A program made the position numbers and the translations under genes. The notes beneath the pieces are model-generated. The model had not been told where the DNA came from and searched no databases. It saw only the letters and a program-made list of their open reading frames with translations. Source: Kudoa neothunni (lineage: Eukaryota; Animalia; Cnidaria). From it: a stretch of DNA of 64,000 nt. The first letter of the stretch is position 1. Every line of letters begins with the position of its first letter. Shown in pieces: positions 38,801-52,629 of this stretch. The DNA is taken from the NCBI GenBank assembly GCA_964304625.1, contig OZ199838.1, positions 12,715,843 through 12,779,842 on the forward strand, in the 5' to 3' direction.

Positions 38801-41186
38801 CCAGGTTCGTCGTGGTTATAGATACGGCCATCGTTATTACCTTTGACTTAGTCATTCAATTTAGATTACCAATTTTCTACAAAACTTTAGTCTACATAGA
38901 TAGCATCGCCATGGGCAGTGACATTTTTTAATTAAATCGTGATTTAAAACCAAAAAATCAATCATGGGTCATCACTACGTTAAGGTTCAATTCTTTTGTC
39001 AGTTGGTTTCTTTCATGTATGATATCGATATCATGATCAGATAGTTCAATTTTTTTATCTCAAATAATTCATACAGTCATATACTATAGTATCGATATCG
39101 CGGTTTGAATACTGTTTAAAATTTTTTCTCTCTGAAGAAGCCGAGTCAGTTTGTAAAATAAAACTATATCTTTCTTCCTAATCAGGATGATATCTAGAGT
39201 TGAAATAGGAAGGAGCTTAAATTTACTAAAAGTAGTATTTATGCACTCCTGTTTAGTATACTTTAAAAAAATAAATAAATTTGTATTTTAGTTTTATTAT
39301 TTCCTTATTTTTAACTTTTTCAGACATCATAAATGTAAAAAAAGGCGCACCACTAAATCCGCCTAGAGCTGAAAAGTTACGGGAAATCGGTTGAGCGATA
39401 CTAATGTGAAAACCCCCATTTTTAAATATTCAGTGTTTAAAATGTGTGTAAATTATTATTAAAACCGACAAATAAAATAAAATATATGGTTTAAAATATT
39501 AAAACAATATCTTAAGGGAAGAAAGTCTGAAGTTACCGAAAATCGGTTACCTACTGTATTTTTATCAAAATTCAGCGTTATAAATGATATCAAATTTCGA
39601 AGTCAACGAATTTTAGAAAGTTATACGTTTAGGATCTTATAATTTTTTACGGTTTTACAAATTTTAGTTTGGTTTTAAAAATATAAACTATAAAATTATT
39701 ATATTTTTTAAATCTATTAATACGTAATTTTTAACCAACCAAAAAATTAATTATGGTTTCAACACAATGTTATAATTTTATTAAACCTAGATATTCATTA
39801 AAATTTTCTATAAACCCCTGAAAATTTATTTTTAAGTCAATGACAAAAATAAAACACCGAATTTAAAGTAAGATTAGTATACATTTAGAAATCTCAATGT
39901 CTCCCTAAAAAACAATGAATTTTCATGTAATTGATCAGATGAATTTTTAAACTGCAATATACATGTTAATAATTCCTGTGATAAACATTATTTAAAACCA
40001 AACGAAATATCAGATCAATCTAAAATCCGTTTCAAGGGTCAAATTCATGTCCTTCTATCATTTGAAAATATTAAGTACATTTAATTAAAAGTACAAATTT
40101 TATTTGAGCACGCCGTTATATAACTACATTTTTTAGTCAAACGAAAATATTCAGGAGTTAAAAACAATAATAAATTTGTAAACCAATAAATGACTGTACG
40201 TAATTTAAATGCATTATAATGAGTGGTCTCAACATCTAACAAAAACATGTGATAATGTCACCGATTCTGCCTTTTATAATTATTAACGAAATCCTTAACA
40301 ATTAAAAGCAACCCTTGTTATGTTATTTATTCTCATCTAGTAAAAATTAAGATCAATTTATTCTGATTCTACCGATAGAAAAGTTGATAAAAGTGAAAAT
40401 ATTCGGTTTATTTATAGAAATAAACATGTCAAAATGACAAAGAAATAGGAGAAATTGATAACATTCCAATATGATTATGAATACTGACAAATTGTCTAAC
40501 TAAGCTATATTTACATTTGGTTTAATCCAAATATTAATAATAGATAGGAAAACGTCGCAGATCAATTAAAACCCCTTCATAAATAATCCCATGGTTATTA
40601 TATTTGAAAATTAAGTGGTTATATAATTTCAATAAAATTTACCAACAAGATAACGCCAAAGAATAAATATTGAAGGTTGGATATTTTGTCCAATAAGAAA
40701 TAACACATTGTTCTCTATCAACCACCCAAAAAATTTTTTTGTGACGTAATGAATTTACATTCTTAAAAAAATCACGATATTTCAAGACGCTATTGCATGG
40801 AACTTGTGCCAAGCAATTTGGAGATTATTATGGTGATGAAAATTATCACGTGTTATAAATTTTATGTAATTAACAAACGTATTTATAGATAAAAATTTCA
40901 CTTGGGATTTAGAATTTAATTTATTAAAATTTAAATCCAGTAGGACTATACGCCTCTTAATGCTTCATGTGTAATCCGTTATTTGTCCCATCGCGCTGGA
41001 AACATTGTTTATGGTTTAGAATGTATCAAATAATAGATCCAAATTTAATAATACGTTACATCATATTTATCGATATCTATACCATTATACATAAGCAAAA
41101 ATTGAAGTCCAATCACAATGATTTAATCATCGTTTATGTTCGTGTTGCTTATTTAAAAGTCAGGTGGCCTCTATAAACAACGCTGG

Positions 41187-42515
41187 ATGATCCGTGTTTA
41201 TCTGCAGAAACTCCAAAATAGTGATTTCTTATTTCGTTTGGAGTCTCGATTAAGCAGACGTAATTATTATTCAAAAATCAGCTCGAATAGGAACAGTGTC
41301 AATGTAATTGAATGATTGGTAACCCATAAATAAAATTTTAATGTAGAATGGATTCAAAAGTGCGCCTGTGAAATTTTACGTTTTCTGTGGATGTTTGGTT
41401 GTGAGTTATTATTGCTACCGACGCATGAATTGGAGACCGATTCAAATATCTCATGCATTGTCATTGTTTTCATCCAAATCCACGTTGGACCCTTCAACAA
41501 GTCCATCTCCATCTGCTTCTAATGTCACAGTCAAAACTGCAATGGAATATTCTGATCGAAAAGATAAAGATGTCGAAAAGGCCTATGAGAATTTGAAATT
41601 GTTCGAGAAGGAGGCAGACACCAATTTTGAATTGTGTTGGAGATTATCTCGTGCGTGTATCCAGTACGCAAGCAAAGTGGATCTAGATTCTGATTGTTCC
41701 AAAATGCTGTCATCCAAAGCAGTAGATTATGCCAAACAAGCGTTAACTATTAACCCTTGGTCGTCAGTTGCTCATCTGGTAGTTGTGTTGGAATTGGTGC
41801 CGTTATCTAATATATTTATAGTGGATGGGAATCGCACTAAGCAATCAGAATTCTTTCGAATCATATTTTAACCGAATTTTAAATGCGCCGATCATCAAAG
41901 GACATTTTGAGGTGGGGATTTTGTGGGATGATATTTCAAAACCTAATCCCAATTAATAGAGAGCTATTGAATTCAATCCTGCAGATCCACTTTCTCATCA
42001 TATGCTCGCTATGTGGTAGTTTTTGGTACGATTAAGATTTTGGTGAATAAAATCTAGGCATTATACTGTAGCTGATTACAGTTTCTTGGCTAAGCTGATC
42101 GCATTGGTTGCATTTGGCGGAGGTCCTGTAATGACATCGTTTCATGAGGTTGTTATTAATCTAATCCACTCAATTACATCTATTTTCATATAGGCATTGA
42201 TGAAATTTGAAGATGCCGAAAGAAGTAAGAAATCAATGTTTGATCTCTATTAGATGTAAAATTACGTAACATAGTTCAACCTAACTTTTCAATTAAAAAT
42301 CATCTAATGCTTGGCAAAACCAATGTACGAATTGGCAACTACAGTGCTGCTAGAAAATGGTTGGATCATTGTCTTAAAATGCCTACGACTTGTGCCGAAG
42401 ATTCACAAGTATTTTTTAAATTAGTTTTATCCATCTAATTCCGTTTCTATCTTAGATTAAGGAAGATGCAATGTTTATAATACACTATTTAGATCAAGTT
42501 GAAAAAACAACATAG
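41187..42515 (+). CDS. RMDN1: Regulator of microtubule dynamics protein (TPR-like, RMDN1/FAM82), 7 exons
   Basis: ELCWRLSRAC, AKQALTINP..AHLWMGI, IKGHFERAIEFNPAD, MWHYTVAD, SFHEALMKFEDAE, PNFSIKNHLMLGK, ARKWL. All introns GT-AG, ~40-60 nt. Confidence 0.88.
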
Positions 42516-42595
42516 TTATTTTTATTTGTCTATACGTTGGAATAATACACTTGTTTTGATACCGCCGCGCACAAATAAATATTTAAAAATTAAGC

Positions 42596-43149
42596 TCATG
42601 TGAACAAAAATTCTCCTAGTGGTGTGTTTGATTTTTCAAACCTAAGACCACAATAACCACAGACATGTGGTCCTGGTTTATCTAAGTTAATGTACACCTT
42701 AGGATGACCGAGGTGGGCATCTCCTATGCAAACAAAATTAATTTTTACGTATAGAAACAATAAAATTTACCTCCATCACACCAAACTTTATCCGAATTTA
42801 CTTTTCTCACTGGAACTCCGGCTATTAGGTCCACAGCAAACGCAGGATTGATCTATATGACCTTGTTGCAAATAATTCAACCATAAATAAGCAATACCAT
42901 TTTAACATAGTTTATATATCTCAAATTTCTTACGTCGTGCTCAGGAAATACCTTAATAATTGATATATGTGATCGAATATTAAAATTAACTACCGATTTA
43001 GTGTGATTCGGTACCAATCCTTTATCCTCTTTCAGCAATTCATTGAGTGCATCATAATTATATGACTTTTCTTCTTTTATTGTAGAACAAAGTCTAGGGT
43101 GTGAAAAGTCTAATTTCTTGGTAACAGTACAAGTGAGTAAACGAAACAT
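42596..43149 (-). CDS. NDUFS6: NADH dehydrogenase (complex I) 13-kDa Zn-binding subunit, 4 exons
   Basis: [48 protein letters not shown] (zf-CHCC). Confidence 0.95.
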
Positions 43150-43906
43150 TACCTGCGTGCGCGTGGCTTAAATTTAAAAATAAAATAGAGCGTGTCTATT
43201 TGAATTTTCGTTGTAAAAAATATTCATATATCATTAGGTTTATATGATGTAATTGTTTCTGTGATTAAACGCGAAGTGGCTGACCAGAAATTATTAAATA
43301 TAGCAGATCCTAAACAACTAAATCAGTATACGGCTTGTGAGTATGAGTTGTTGGGATTAAACTATGTGTACCATGCAAATAGGTTCTACTTAAAAAATCT
43401 TTATGTTACAAATTACAACAATACAATAGGTGACCACTAAGTCGTACTCCCTTTGGGACTTACAGAAATACGAATTAGACGGCATTTACCTTAAATTGTA
43501 CTTTTTAAGGAAATGTGCACGTTAAAATCAAATTTCAAAAGCGTGTTTTCTAACTTTTGGTAGAAAAAATCAGTTATTTTTGGTTTTAGAATATGCTGCT
43601 TTATTTTTGAATAAACCAATGACACCTCGATTAAAATTTCTTTAATTCCTCAGTAACGAGAGGTTTTCAAAAATATATATCATTTCTGTAACGCTTTTAA
43701 AGTATCGGTTGTTGTGATTTCTTATTCACTTCGCTCTTGTACTTTTACCTCTGCAATAGTTGTGAGGCGAAATTTCGCCGAACGTTCCTTGTTGACCATA
43801 ATAGGTTGGAATAACATAGAAGGAACAATTTTTTGTGGAAAACCGACATAATTACATAAAATAAATATTCTAATCTATACACCAATTATACAGTTTGGCT
43901 AATGTT

Positions 43907-46900
43907 TTAAAATAATCCGTAGTAGCGCTTATAATTTTCGCACACCACTCTTATTTTTTTCATTTTGTCGGGGGTCTTATTTGTAGTGGAACTATTCAAT
44001 GGATTAGCCATTAGAAATTCTATTTTTTTCTCGTTGATGCTTTGACATTCTTGCAGCTTTTCTACCAAATTATTCAATCCTGAATGTGACTGTTCGTATA
44101 ATGCTTTTAGACATTTATGAAAGTTTTCCGTACTGTTCGAAGTGAAGGGTAAATTTTCCATTACTCTTCTGTACGAGTTCCAAGCCGGTATTGGATACTT
44201 ACCTCCATATAGGAAATTTTTTCGAAATAATCTAGAAATGGCGTTAATGATATTTCAGTTACTTTCCTAGATTCTATCTTCAGTTTTCCACATTCTTCTA
44301 AAATATTTTCCTCAGGAACTAACGTTAATGAGGTAAAAGATTTGATTAAAATTCTAAATTCCACATTATTTTCGTAAATTGTTACCATACCAAATTTTTG
44401 TAATTTCCTCCAAACACATTGTCCTAAATGAAAAATAACAAGGTAGATAGTTGAAAATTTTGATGCTTTTTTAAAAGCATCAAAAAATGCATATTCAAAA
44501 TCCATAATTATATTATGTGGAATTTTTATATTAATTTGATTAATTAATGTGTTCATTAATATATTGTAAGATTTTTGCTTTTCATTAAAACAAAAACATG
44601 AGGGAAAAATTTGTTGAAGATTCTTCCATTAAGGGTGTAAAGCTGTATAAATTCTTTAGGAACGACATCAAATGTTTCATCGGCTATCATCACCGTTTAA
44701 TTATTTAAATGCTCAATGTTCTCTTTTGTTGTAAAAATTACAATGCGCTGACTATCATTCGGCCAGGGTCATAAAAGCGGAATTTTTCACCCCTTAACGT
44801 TCTTACCTGGTTTCACAAAGATTTAAATATTCGATATTGTAATATTCCCCTTTTTTTCATTTCGTATATTTTTATAAATATTTTTTTTGTTTATTATTGG
44901 TCAATTATTTAGGCTTTCACTTATTGTAATCAAGGTTAAAACTTTAGAGGTAGAATATTGTGTCGACTGCGCAATTTCCTTAGTTTTAGAATCAAGCTTA
45001 ATATTTTCAATATCCGTTATTGACATATCGTGACTATGTAATCCTGACTCTTGTATGGAAGTTATATCATCTGAATTATTTGTTTTTATTCGCCCTTTAC
45101 AGGTTCTTACAGTACATCTCCAGAGTTGGTTTTTTGATGTTTATTTATCTTGTACATATAGAAACTTGTGGTTAAAGTCCAGTCCCTCCTCCCGCTTTCG
45201 GCTTCCGCCGGTTACCCGCCATCGGTAATAATCGGATCACGTTTCATAACATATAAACCCAATAAAATCTAGTTTACTTTAGTTAGACGTAATTAAACGA
45301 AATATATCAATTAAAAAATATATTATTTATTATTTTAAATGTTAAAAAATAAACAATAAGGTGTCCATTTATGTGCACAACAAAATAAGTTAATTTATGT
45401 TTTTATCATAAAATTTGAGAATAATATATAAACGAATATTTTTACTGGTATTATAGATATTATTGATTAGTTTTGGATTTTATTCGTTATTTTTTTAAAA
45501 ATGAATAAACTAAAACAATATGTCGACTCATGATATTTGTATCTTAATATAATTTTTAATAATTTTTAGATGGATAAAAATCACATATGCCATTCCTTTC
45601 GTAATTGTATCCTAATGAGCCTATGTTAATGTAAAATAATCTGCCTTTTAACTTAATTTTCGGGAGATTTTGTTATTTTATACAAAATTTTAATTATTTG
45701 ATAAATATGTATATAATTACTCTAAAAAATAATAGGTTAACATTAATTAAAATAAACTTAACAATGTCGTAATTTACTATAGATATTTATTCACTGACGA
45801 TTGGAAAAAGACAATTATATAAACTTTTACAATAAAACAAAATCGACAAAATATAAGTATGTTTAATTGTATCTAAAGTTGAGGAAGAACACGCTTCCTG
45901 TGGAGTCTTTTAAATATCCATCCGGCAACATAGGAAGCGATCATTTCCTTTTTTTATTCGTCACCGAGCGATATTTCCGCTTAAAAGCGCTCCACAGTCC
46001 CTCAAGTCGATTGGTGTGGACTCCTGTAGACGAGACAAACTTCCCTATAATGAATTACAGTCTCATGACCGTATTCATAATCTAGCTCAGTGAATGAGCT
46101 ATAGGCAGGTCATCCATCCATCTGTATGTATGTATGTATGTATGTATAACAGATTCCCACTCAACATGAGTGGTAACAATATTTTCAAGAGTGGGAGTGT
46201 CTCTCTTTTCGGTTTCCATCATAACGACTCTTCCATCCTCATCCACACCATCAACTATCCATAGACTTTAGTTTTATAGGATTCTACCAACCCCAAGCTT
46301 CCTCTTACAGATTTGACTGTCGTCTATTTGGACTTTTACGCCAGGGCCACCAACTTTGTTTGGGTTACGAATGAAGTGACTCAAACAAATGTCACGTATA
46401 AAATTTTTCCAATCCACAATAATGGCGGAAGAATTAATACGGCATTCTTTCATTAAGAAAGATTGTTCCGTCGTTCCAAAAATATTAAATCATTAAAATT
46501 TGATACAGAGAAAGTTGGGCTTGGTAGAAAAACGCGCTCTTTCGTAACGAGCATTCCTTCCTGCATGATTTGGCACAGCATCGGAAACTGTAGCCATCAG
46601 CAGCATTGTTCCTTCGAGAACGTTTCATTTGACCTCTACAGGAACAAACCATTGATGTTGGTAGCAAGTCAAGTTGCTGGAAAAAAATAATTAAATCTTC
46701 AGGATGATCCTTGAGGTAATAAAAGTCTTCAAAATTTAGGTTATCTAAATTTTAGTACGTGAAGATTGCAGGAAGCATACTCCGAAAAATGTAAACAGCC
46801 GGAACCTCGATTATTACCCATGGCGGGTAATCGGCGGACGCCGAAAGGGGGACTGAACTTTAACTCATCATGTCAGTATTTTTGGTAGTTTTAATCATAA

Positions 46901-47040
46901 TAATATTTTTGTTTGAATTTCCACTTATCCTGGGTCCTTTACCTTCGTTTGCGCAGTTAATATGCGTTAAAATGAGTTTTTTTGTAGCTCGCGCCGGCGC
47001 ATAAAATCTTTCTCCACAGGTGAAATTTCTCCATACCCGG
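43907..47040 (-). mobile_element. Mutator-like (MULE) transposon remnant with FLYWCH domain, split by a Merlin insertion; ends uncertain
   Basis: KFLY..LWRCTVRTCKGRI..HSH at 45030-45169, ADETFDVVPK, IMDFE, FHLGQCVWRK, FLDYFEK, TSNSTENFH. The N-terminal part continues right of 46865. Confidence 0.8.
45170..46865 (-). mobile_element. Merlin DNA transposon (third family), degraded transposase with internal (TATG)n
   Basis: ~65-bp TIRs GGTTAAAGTCCAGTCCC.. / ..GGGGACTGAACTTTAACT. CSC..DGYSFRC..C..SLRK, DWKNFIRDIC, GGPGVKVQIDDS..KRK, EGLWSAFK. Confidence 0.88.
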
Positions 47041-47137
47041 GAATATATTTCCGAATTTTAAGCGTGCGCCAAAAAAAGAAAAACGAAAAATCAACATTCT
47101 AAACACAACAATCAAACAGATATTAAAAATTGGTGCG

Positions 47138-50100
47138 TCAGCGGTCATATATAAAAAATGTGTCAAATATGTTGAAGTTGGTCCGTTTGGGTATGGTGAA
47201 TGTTACAGTGCCAAGTTTAAGTGAAGAGCACAAGAACTGTACCCGATCATTCATAAGCATTGTTCTGATTAGATAACAATAGACTAAAAACATAGATGTA
47301 ACGTGTTTACTTGTACGGCCCTTCCAATATGATAAGATCTGAATTTTTAACCAATTCCACAGAATCATCTTCCATAAACCTAATCAAATTCCACATAGAT
47401 AACGACGCAGCAAACACCAACACTAAACTTACCTTAAATCAAGACAAGGAGAGCCCCGACCAGTTTGAGCCAGTTTCAAACGACCATTCGAAACTGCATC
47501 ACTTGAAAAAAAAGTTAATTTTATTACCACCATTGGACATGTTACGATATGATGGGACAAAGATCTTCCACACGATCGCATAACAAATTCAATTCAGAAA
47601 ACATTACGTCATTTAACGCAGAATATGAGTTCGAAATTAGAATCACCTAAAAATTGATAATAAATTAGATCCATCTTCAAATGAAGTCAAAATATCACAT
47701 ACATTCATATTCAGCTGAAGTAATTCTCTCACAAGTGGGAAAACGCCAAGAATAAGATCGTATCCACTGTTGTCAACAAATATAGTTATTGTTTTCCAGA
47801 TTTTTCGGGAGAGATCCTCTTCAAAACGTTTGATCGAATTTTCCAGAGGTTTCATTTTGGCTATTAAATAATAAGTAAAAATTCATCGAAAAACTCATGA
47901 ACCTTTCAGACTTGATTTCACATATGAAAAGGATATTTGTTTATGTGCAAGACAAAATTCCAGATAGTCATTAGAACCAACATCGAAAAAATTTCCGGAA
48001 AATATGTTCAAGAATATTGCTTCCAGTCGGCGGTTAAGTGTTGCCAATTTATCGATTCTATCAATTTCATCCGGAAATAAGTTGATAGCATCATTACTTT
48101 GAATTGTTTTAAACTAGCACAAAATTGATATTAATTCGATCTTAATAAGCCAAGTAGAAGAGAAAAATATACTTTAAGAAAAGGTGCACGCAAAAAGAAT
48201 TCAGATAAAAATTGCTCCTTCAAATCAATCAAACCTTGAATATTGATCAAATCTTGTTTGGAAAGTTTTTCAAGAGCGTTTCTAAAATTGGTATTCTCCT
48301 CGTTGTATCGAAGAATTTCATTACTTATAAGCTAAAGATTTTAATCGATTTATCCAATGATACTTTTTTTAAAATCAATTACCAACTCGATATTCTTCGT
48401 CAAATAATTAAACCAATATTCAGTGTTGTGACAACCAAAAAAGGTTTCCTCGTCAAAATACTGCCTAGATACAAGAGACGGGCATTCCTCGTGGGTGATG
48501 GTTGATGTGGCTAAAATTATTGGTTAGGCTGAAATGATGAAATAAATGGTTTGATATACTATCGCTAATACTATTTGTAGTTGAGTGAGCCTCCGAATAA
48601 ACTGAGATCAGAGGGAATGACACAAACTTTTTACGATTACATCTCAACGTGGTGGCAGAATTGAATCGCTAAATACGGAGAGATTATTTATTTTACGAAG
48701 TTACATTATGAACAATAAATCAGCCAACATACGAGGTATGGAAATCTTCTTTCTTCGACCAACAAAAGACGAACCTTGGTATCTTCATGCCATGTGTAAC
48801 TGTTGATTCGACTTTCTCTCATGAAGAGACATCCAATAGCTCCAAGATAGCCATCATGTCTTAGGAATGTAGCGCGTTGAGTTCCCTAAGTAACAGAAAT
48901 TAATTAGTTGGTTAGTTAGTTAGTTACAAGGAAATGAGTTTAATTTTAATGACAGAAACTAGTTATGACTTTGGTTCCTAAATTTCCTGTTTACTTCATT
49001 AAAGGGACGTACCATCACTCTTATATTATATGCCAAACATCATTGGTTAAAAAATAAACTCGTAAAATACTAAGCACGTATTTTTCATTGCATGATCCAA
49101 GACATAAAGATATGATATGCGTACACCATTAAATTTTCCCATAAAATACTACGATGATGCTAAATATTGATGAATTCCTTGATAATAAATGACTATTGAT
49201 TAAATCTCTTAACGTTATCTAAACATAAAATTAAGTGCTCGACTTAATTTTGCAAGACTCAAAAAAATTTATGTTCAAATAATATTTTCTCATTCACGAA
49301 AAAATGTAAATTTTTGTCTTTAAATTAGTACAAATGGATTGAATTAAATATATTAATAAAGAGAATAGGCTCGCATCTATAGTTTCCGGGCCCCTACCAC
49401 TTACGAGGACAACTCCGCACCTCTTATCAAAAAAGAGATTTAAAATGGATACATTTTAGGTGAGGAAAATATTTTTATTAAAAGAGCATTAACAAGAAAA
49501 CAAATTTGAATAAAATAAATTGAATATTTTTTGACTTTTGTTTTTGTCTTTTTTAGACAATAATTGGGTCAAAATTGGACTCCTTTTCAGATAAAGTTAT
49601 GGCTAAATCAGAATTTGTAAAGGTACAAAATATGTCAATATTTTTGTGAAAAATAATAGACGTGAATAATGGAGCTTACGCGAAATTTTTTAGTTTTATC
49701 TAATTATAAATTTAAAAATTTAACGAGGAAATTAAATGTGATCGTATCTCGAATGCATAATTTTAATTTATAGAATTTTGAGTGAAAATCAACTTTAATT
49801 TAACGTCTAAAAATTTAAAATAATTTAACAACAAAATCTAAATAACGTAACCTTGACGCTAATTAAAATTTAATTCTTACTTGCTATATAGTTTAATTGA
49901 ATATAATAAATAGTACAATTTTTAATGGTTCATCCATTTAAAATCTTTTAAAGTCGTTTACTTTCCCAATAAAAAATAGATAATTTATTTACGAATGAAA
50001 AAGGGATAAGTTATCATTTTTATTTCATACTCTAATAAAAAGTAGATAGTAGATTGAAAACATAAATTAATTTTCAGTAAAACTCATCAAATGACTACTT

Positions 50101-52629
50101 ATTTAACGGATTTATTTCAGCTTCGATCGCGCACGAATCGCACATGATATATTGTCGAGAGAGATTCTAATTACATGGAATCGATACATTATGTACAAAG
50201 CATGCTTAGCCGTACAATTTTTTGGTTGACTCTAGACGTGAGTCTCGGACCCCCAAAATCGGGAATCCCTGCCTTAAATAAAACTATTCTCCTATGTAAA
50301 TAATGTATACTTGTTGGAAGGCTAAATTATTCCAAATTTTTAATCTAAAAATTGATCTAATGTTATCAATTTCAGATAAAAAGTTGAATATATTTCTTGT
50401 CGCGTGTACTCTCAATAAACTATATTACTAAAGGTTTAAAAATGGCACAAAATCTGTAGATACATATTCTGTAATGATATCTACGTTAGATCGTAATTTT
50501 ATTTACCAAAAAAAATGACGATGAGTACGAATAAATCGATATCAGGAGGACAACAATTTTGAACGAATTAAGAAAAAAATTTAGGAATATGTGAAAATCG
50601 TTCGCTAATGTAGAGTATCATTTGTTATCATAACGTTTTAATTAGAGCATACAGATTTTGACATATATTATACTTCAAGATTTTAGTAAAAGACTAGGAT
50701 ATTTTATACTTTATGAATCAACAATGTTAGAAAATTTATCAAAAGTAACGAGAGTTTGGACCTTTTTGACTCACGGAAAAGGTCGAAAAAATTTGGACTC
50801 ATTATATATATCGAAAACTTTAGCCTCTAGTTTTAACTAATACAGACGAATAATCTTTATTAAGTTTAAACAAATAAATACCATCTATCTAACTAATGGT
50901 ATAGGAAACAAAAAAATGTCAAGGAACCGTGTTCACTTTCTATGGTGATAACCACGTACGAATATTAGATTAAAATTTATATCAGACACTCATTCGAGCT
51001 TCGTCAGCTCAAAAAAAGAAATAATGAATTGAAACTTAGAATTACCTTGGAGAAATGATTCACTGCATAGGTGATTGTATGCATGGTGATTGGATTGTTT
51101 CGTACAAAATTTCCTCCAAAATAAATAGTGCTCAAATTTTCGATTCGTCCATACAAAGACGCAATTTGACCAATTTCATTGCTGATCATATGCAACAGAC
51201 TTTTGGCAATATCTGCTGGTGATACAACATGCTCTATAAAGCTTTAGTTGGGCATATGACACAAACACAATTACTTGAGTAAAGATCCTGTAGATTGGCC
51301 TTGAATTGTGCACTTTTTGCAAAACTACTAGCAACTAAATCGGCAGGGAGATTCAGCTCAGAGTAAGGTCCACCATAAATGTCTTTAACCTACCAAAATT
51401 CAATTACATAAAGCTATAAAGTTCATCATATTTTCATATATAAAAATAAAAACTTGGTTGCATCACGTTATAAAATAGAAGCATGCATAATTGCGACTCA
51501 ATGTTAATATATAGTTTAAAGCGGTGTTAATTAGTTTCCAAATAGAAAAAAAAATTGAATATATGAGCATGAAACATACCAATAGATCGACATTTTTAGG
51601 AACTCCAGTTGAAGCTAATTCCAGAAGTTCCTCAAAGGTTTTTGCTGGAGTCAACAAACAACCAAGTCCAAGAAACGTTCCTCCTCCAAGACTTGTTCCA
51701 CCAATCCGGGTAAATTTGTCTTTAGATTCAACCTTTTAATTAACCAAAGTCAAAACAATGCCAAACTGACGTTAAAAGTGGAGAAACTAACGTACTTTAA
51801 GTATAGAAACTCCTGAACCAATATTTATAAGTAGAAAAGGAAAAATATTTTTTCCGGTTAAATCGATAAATTTGTACGGTGAAGGATCGCCACGCACATA
51901 GGAGAAACTTTCATATTTGATATTCTGTAACACAAACACACATCCATGAATAAGTCCATTCATTTCATCAACTTTTTCCACTCTAATTAATAAATTAATC
52001 TTTCCTAAAAGAGCTAATAGGTAAAGTTAGGAAATTACGTCAAGCCTAACTTTGACTGAATAAGATTTTTATATTTGTACGCGCCTCCACCTACACAAAA
52101 CCGACCAAATCAAACATCTTTCGTTCATAGAGACATCACCTGTACAATTAATATATGCAGGCTCTGAGGTATTTTTAAGAAGATTCTTTTGAATAAAATC
52201 CAAACTCAATTCAATGTGGATGGTTTGAAATTTAACAAATTGTAAACTGTAACCGGATTCTCGATTTTCATCCTCGCTATGATTGTCTGAAGTTTTAACA
52301 TAGGAATCATCACTCTGTGATTTTTAAGTATTAACACTCACCATCAATCAAATACACAACACATGATTACCATAAGATTATTGTCAATGTCAGACATTCT
52401 GTACAGTTGATTATCTCTATCTTTGGAGAGGTAAGCAACTTTGACCAAAGTTCCACCTATTATTGAGATTATATTTAGGGTAAAGCAACAATCAACTCAA
52501 TTATTAATAAATTATACCTATATCCATAGAGAAATCGCATGCTGTTTGCATCTCTTTGAACATCCAATTAGGTATGTCTATTTTAGATTCATAGTTGGAA
52601 AAGAACTCATTGGTTCTGTATTCTTCCAT
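47138..52629 (-). CDS. PANK4: Pantothenate kinase 4 (type II PanK + DUF89/ARMT1-like phosphatase), multi-exon, one ~2.16-kb intron (~48886-51046)
   Basis: [77 protein letters not shown]. Then [36 protein letters not shown]. Confidence 0.93.
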
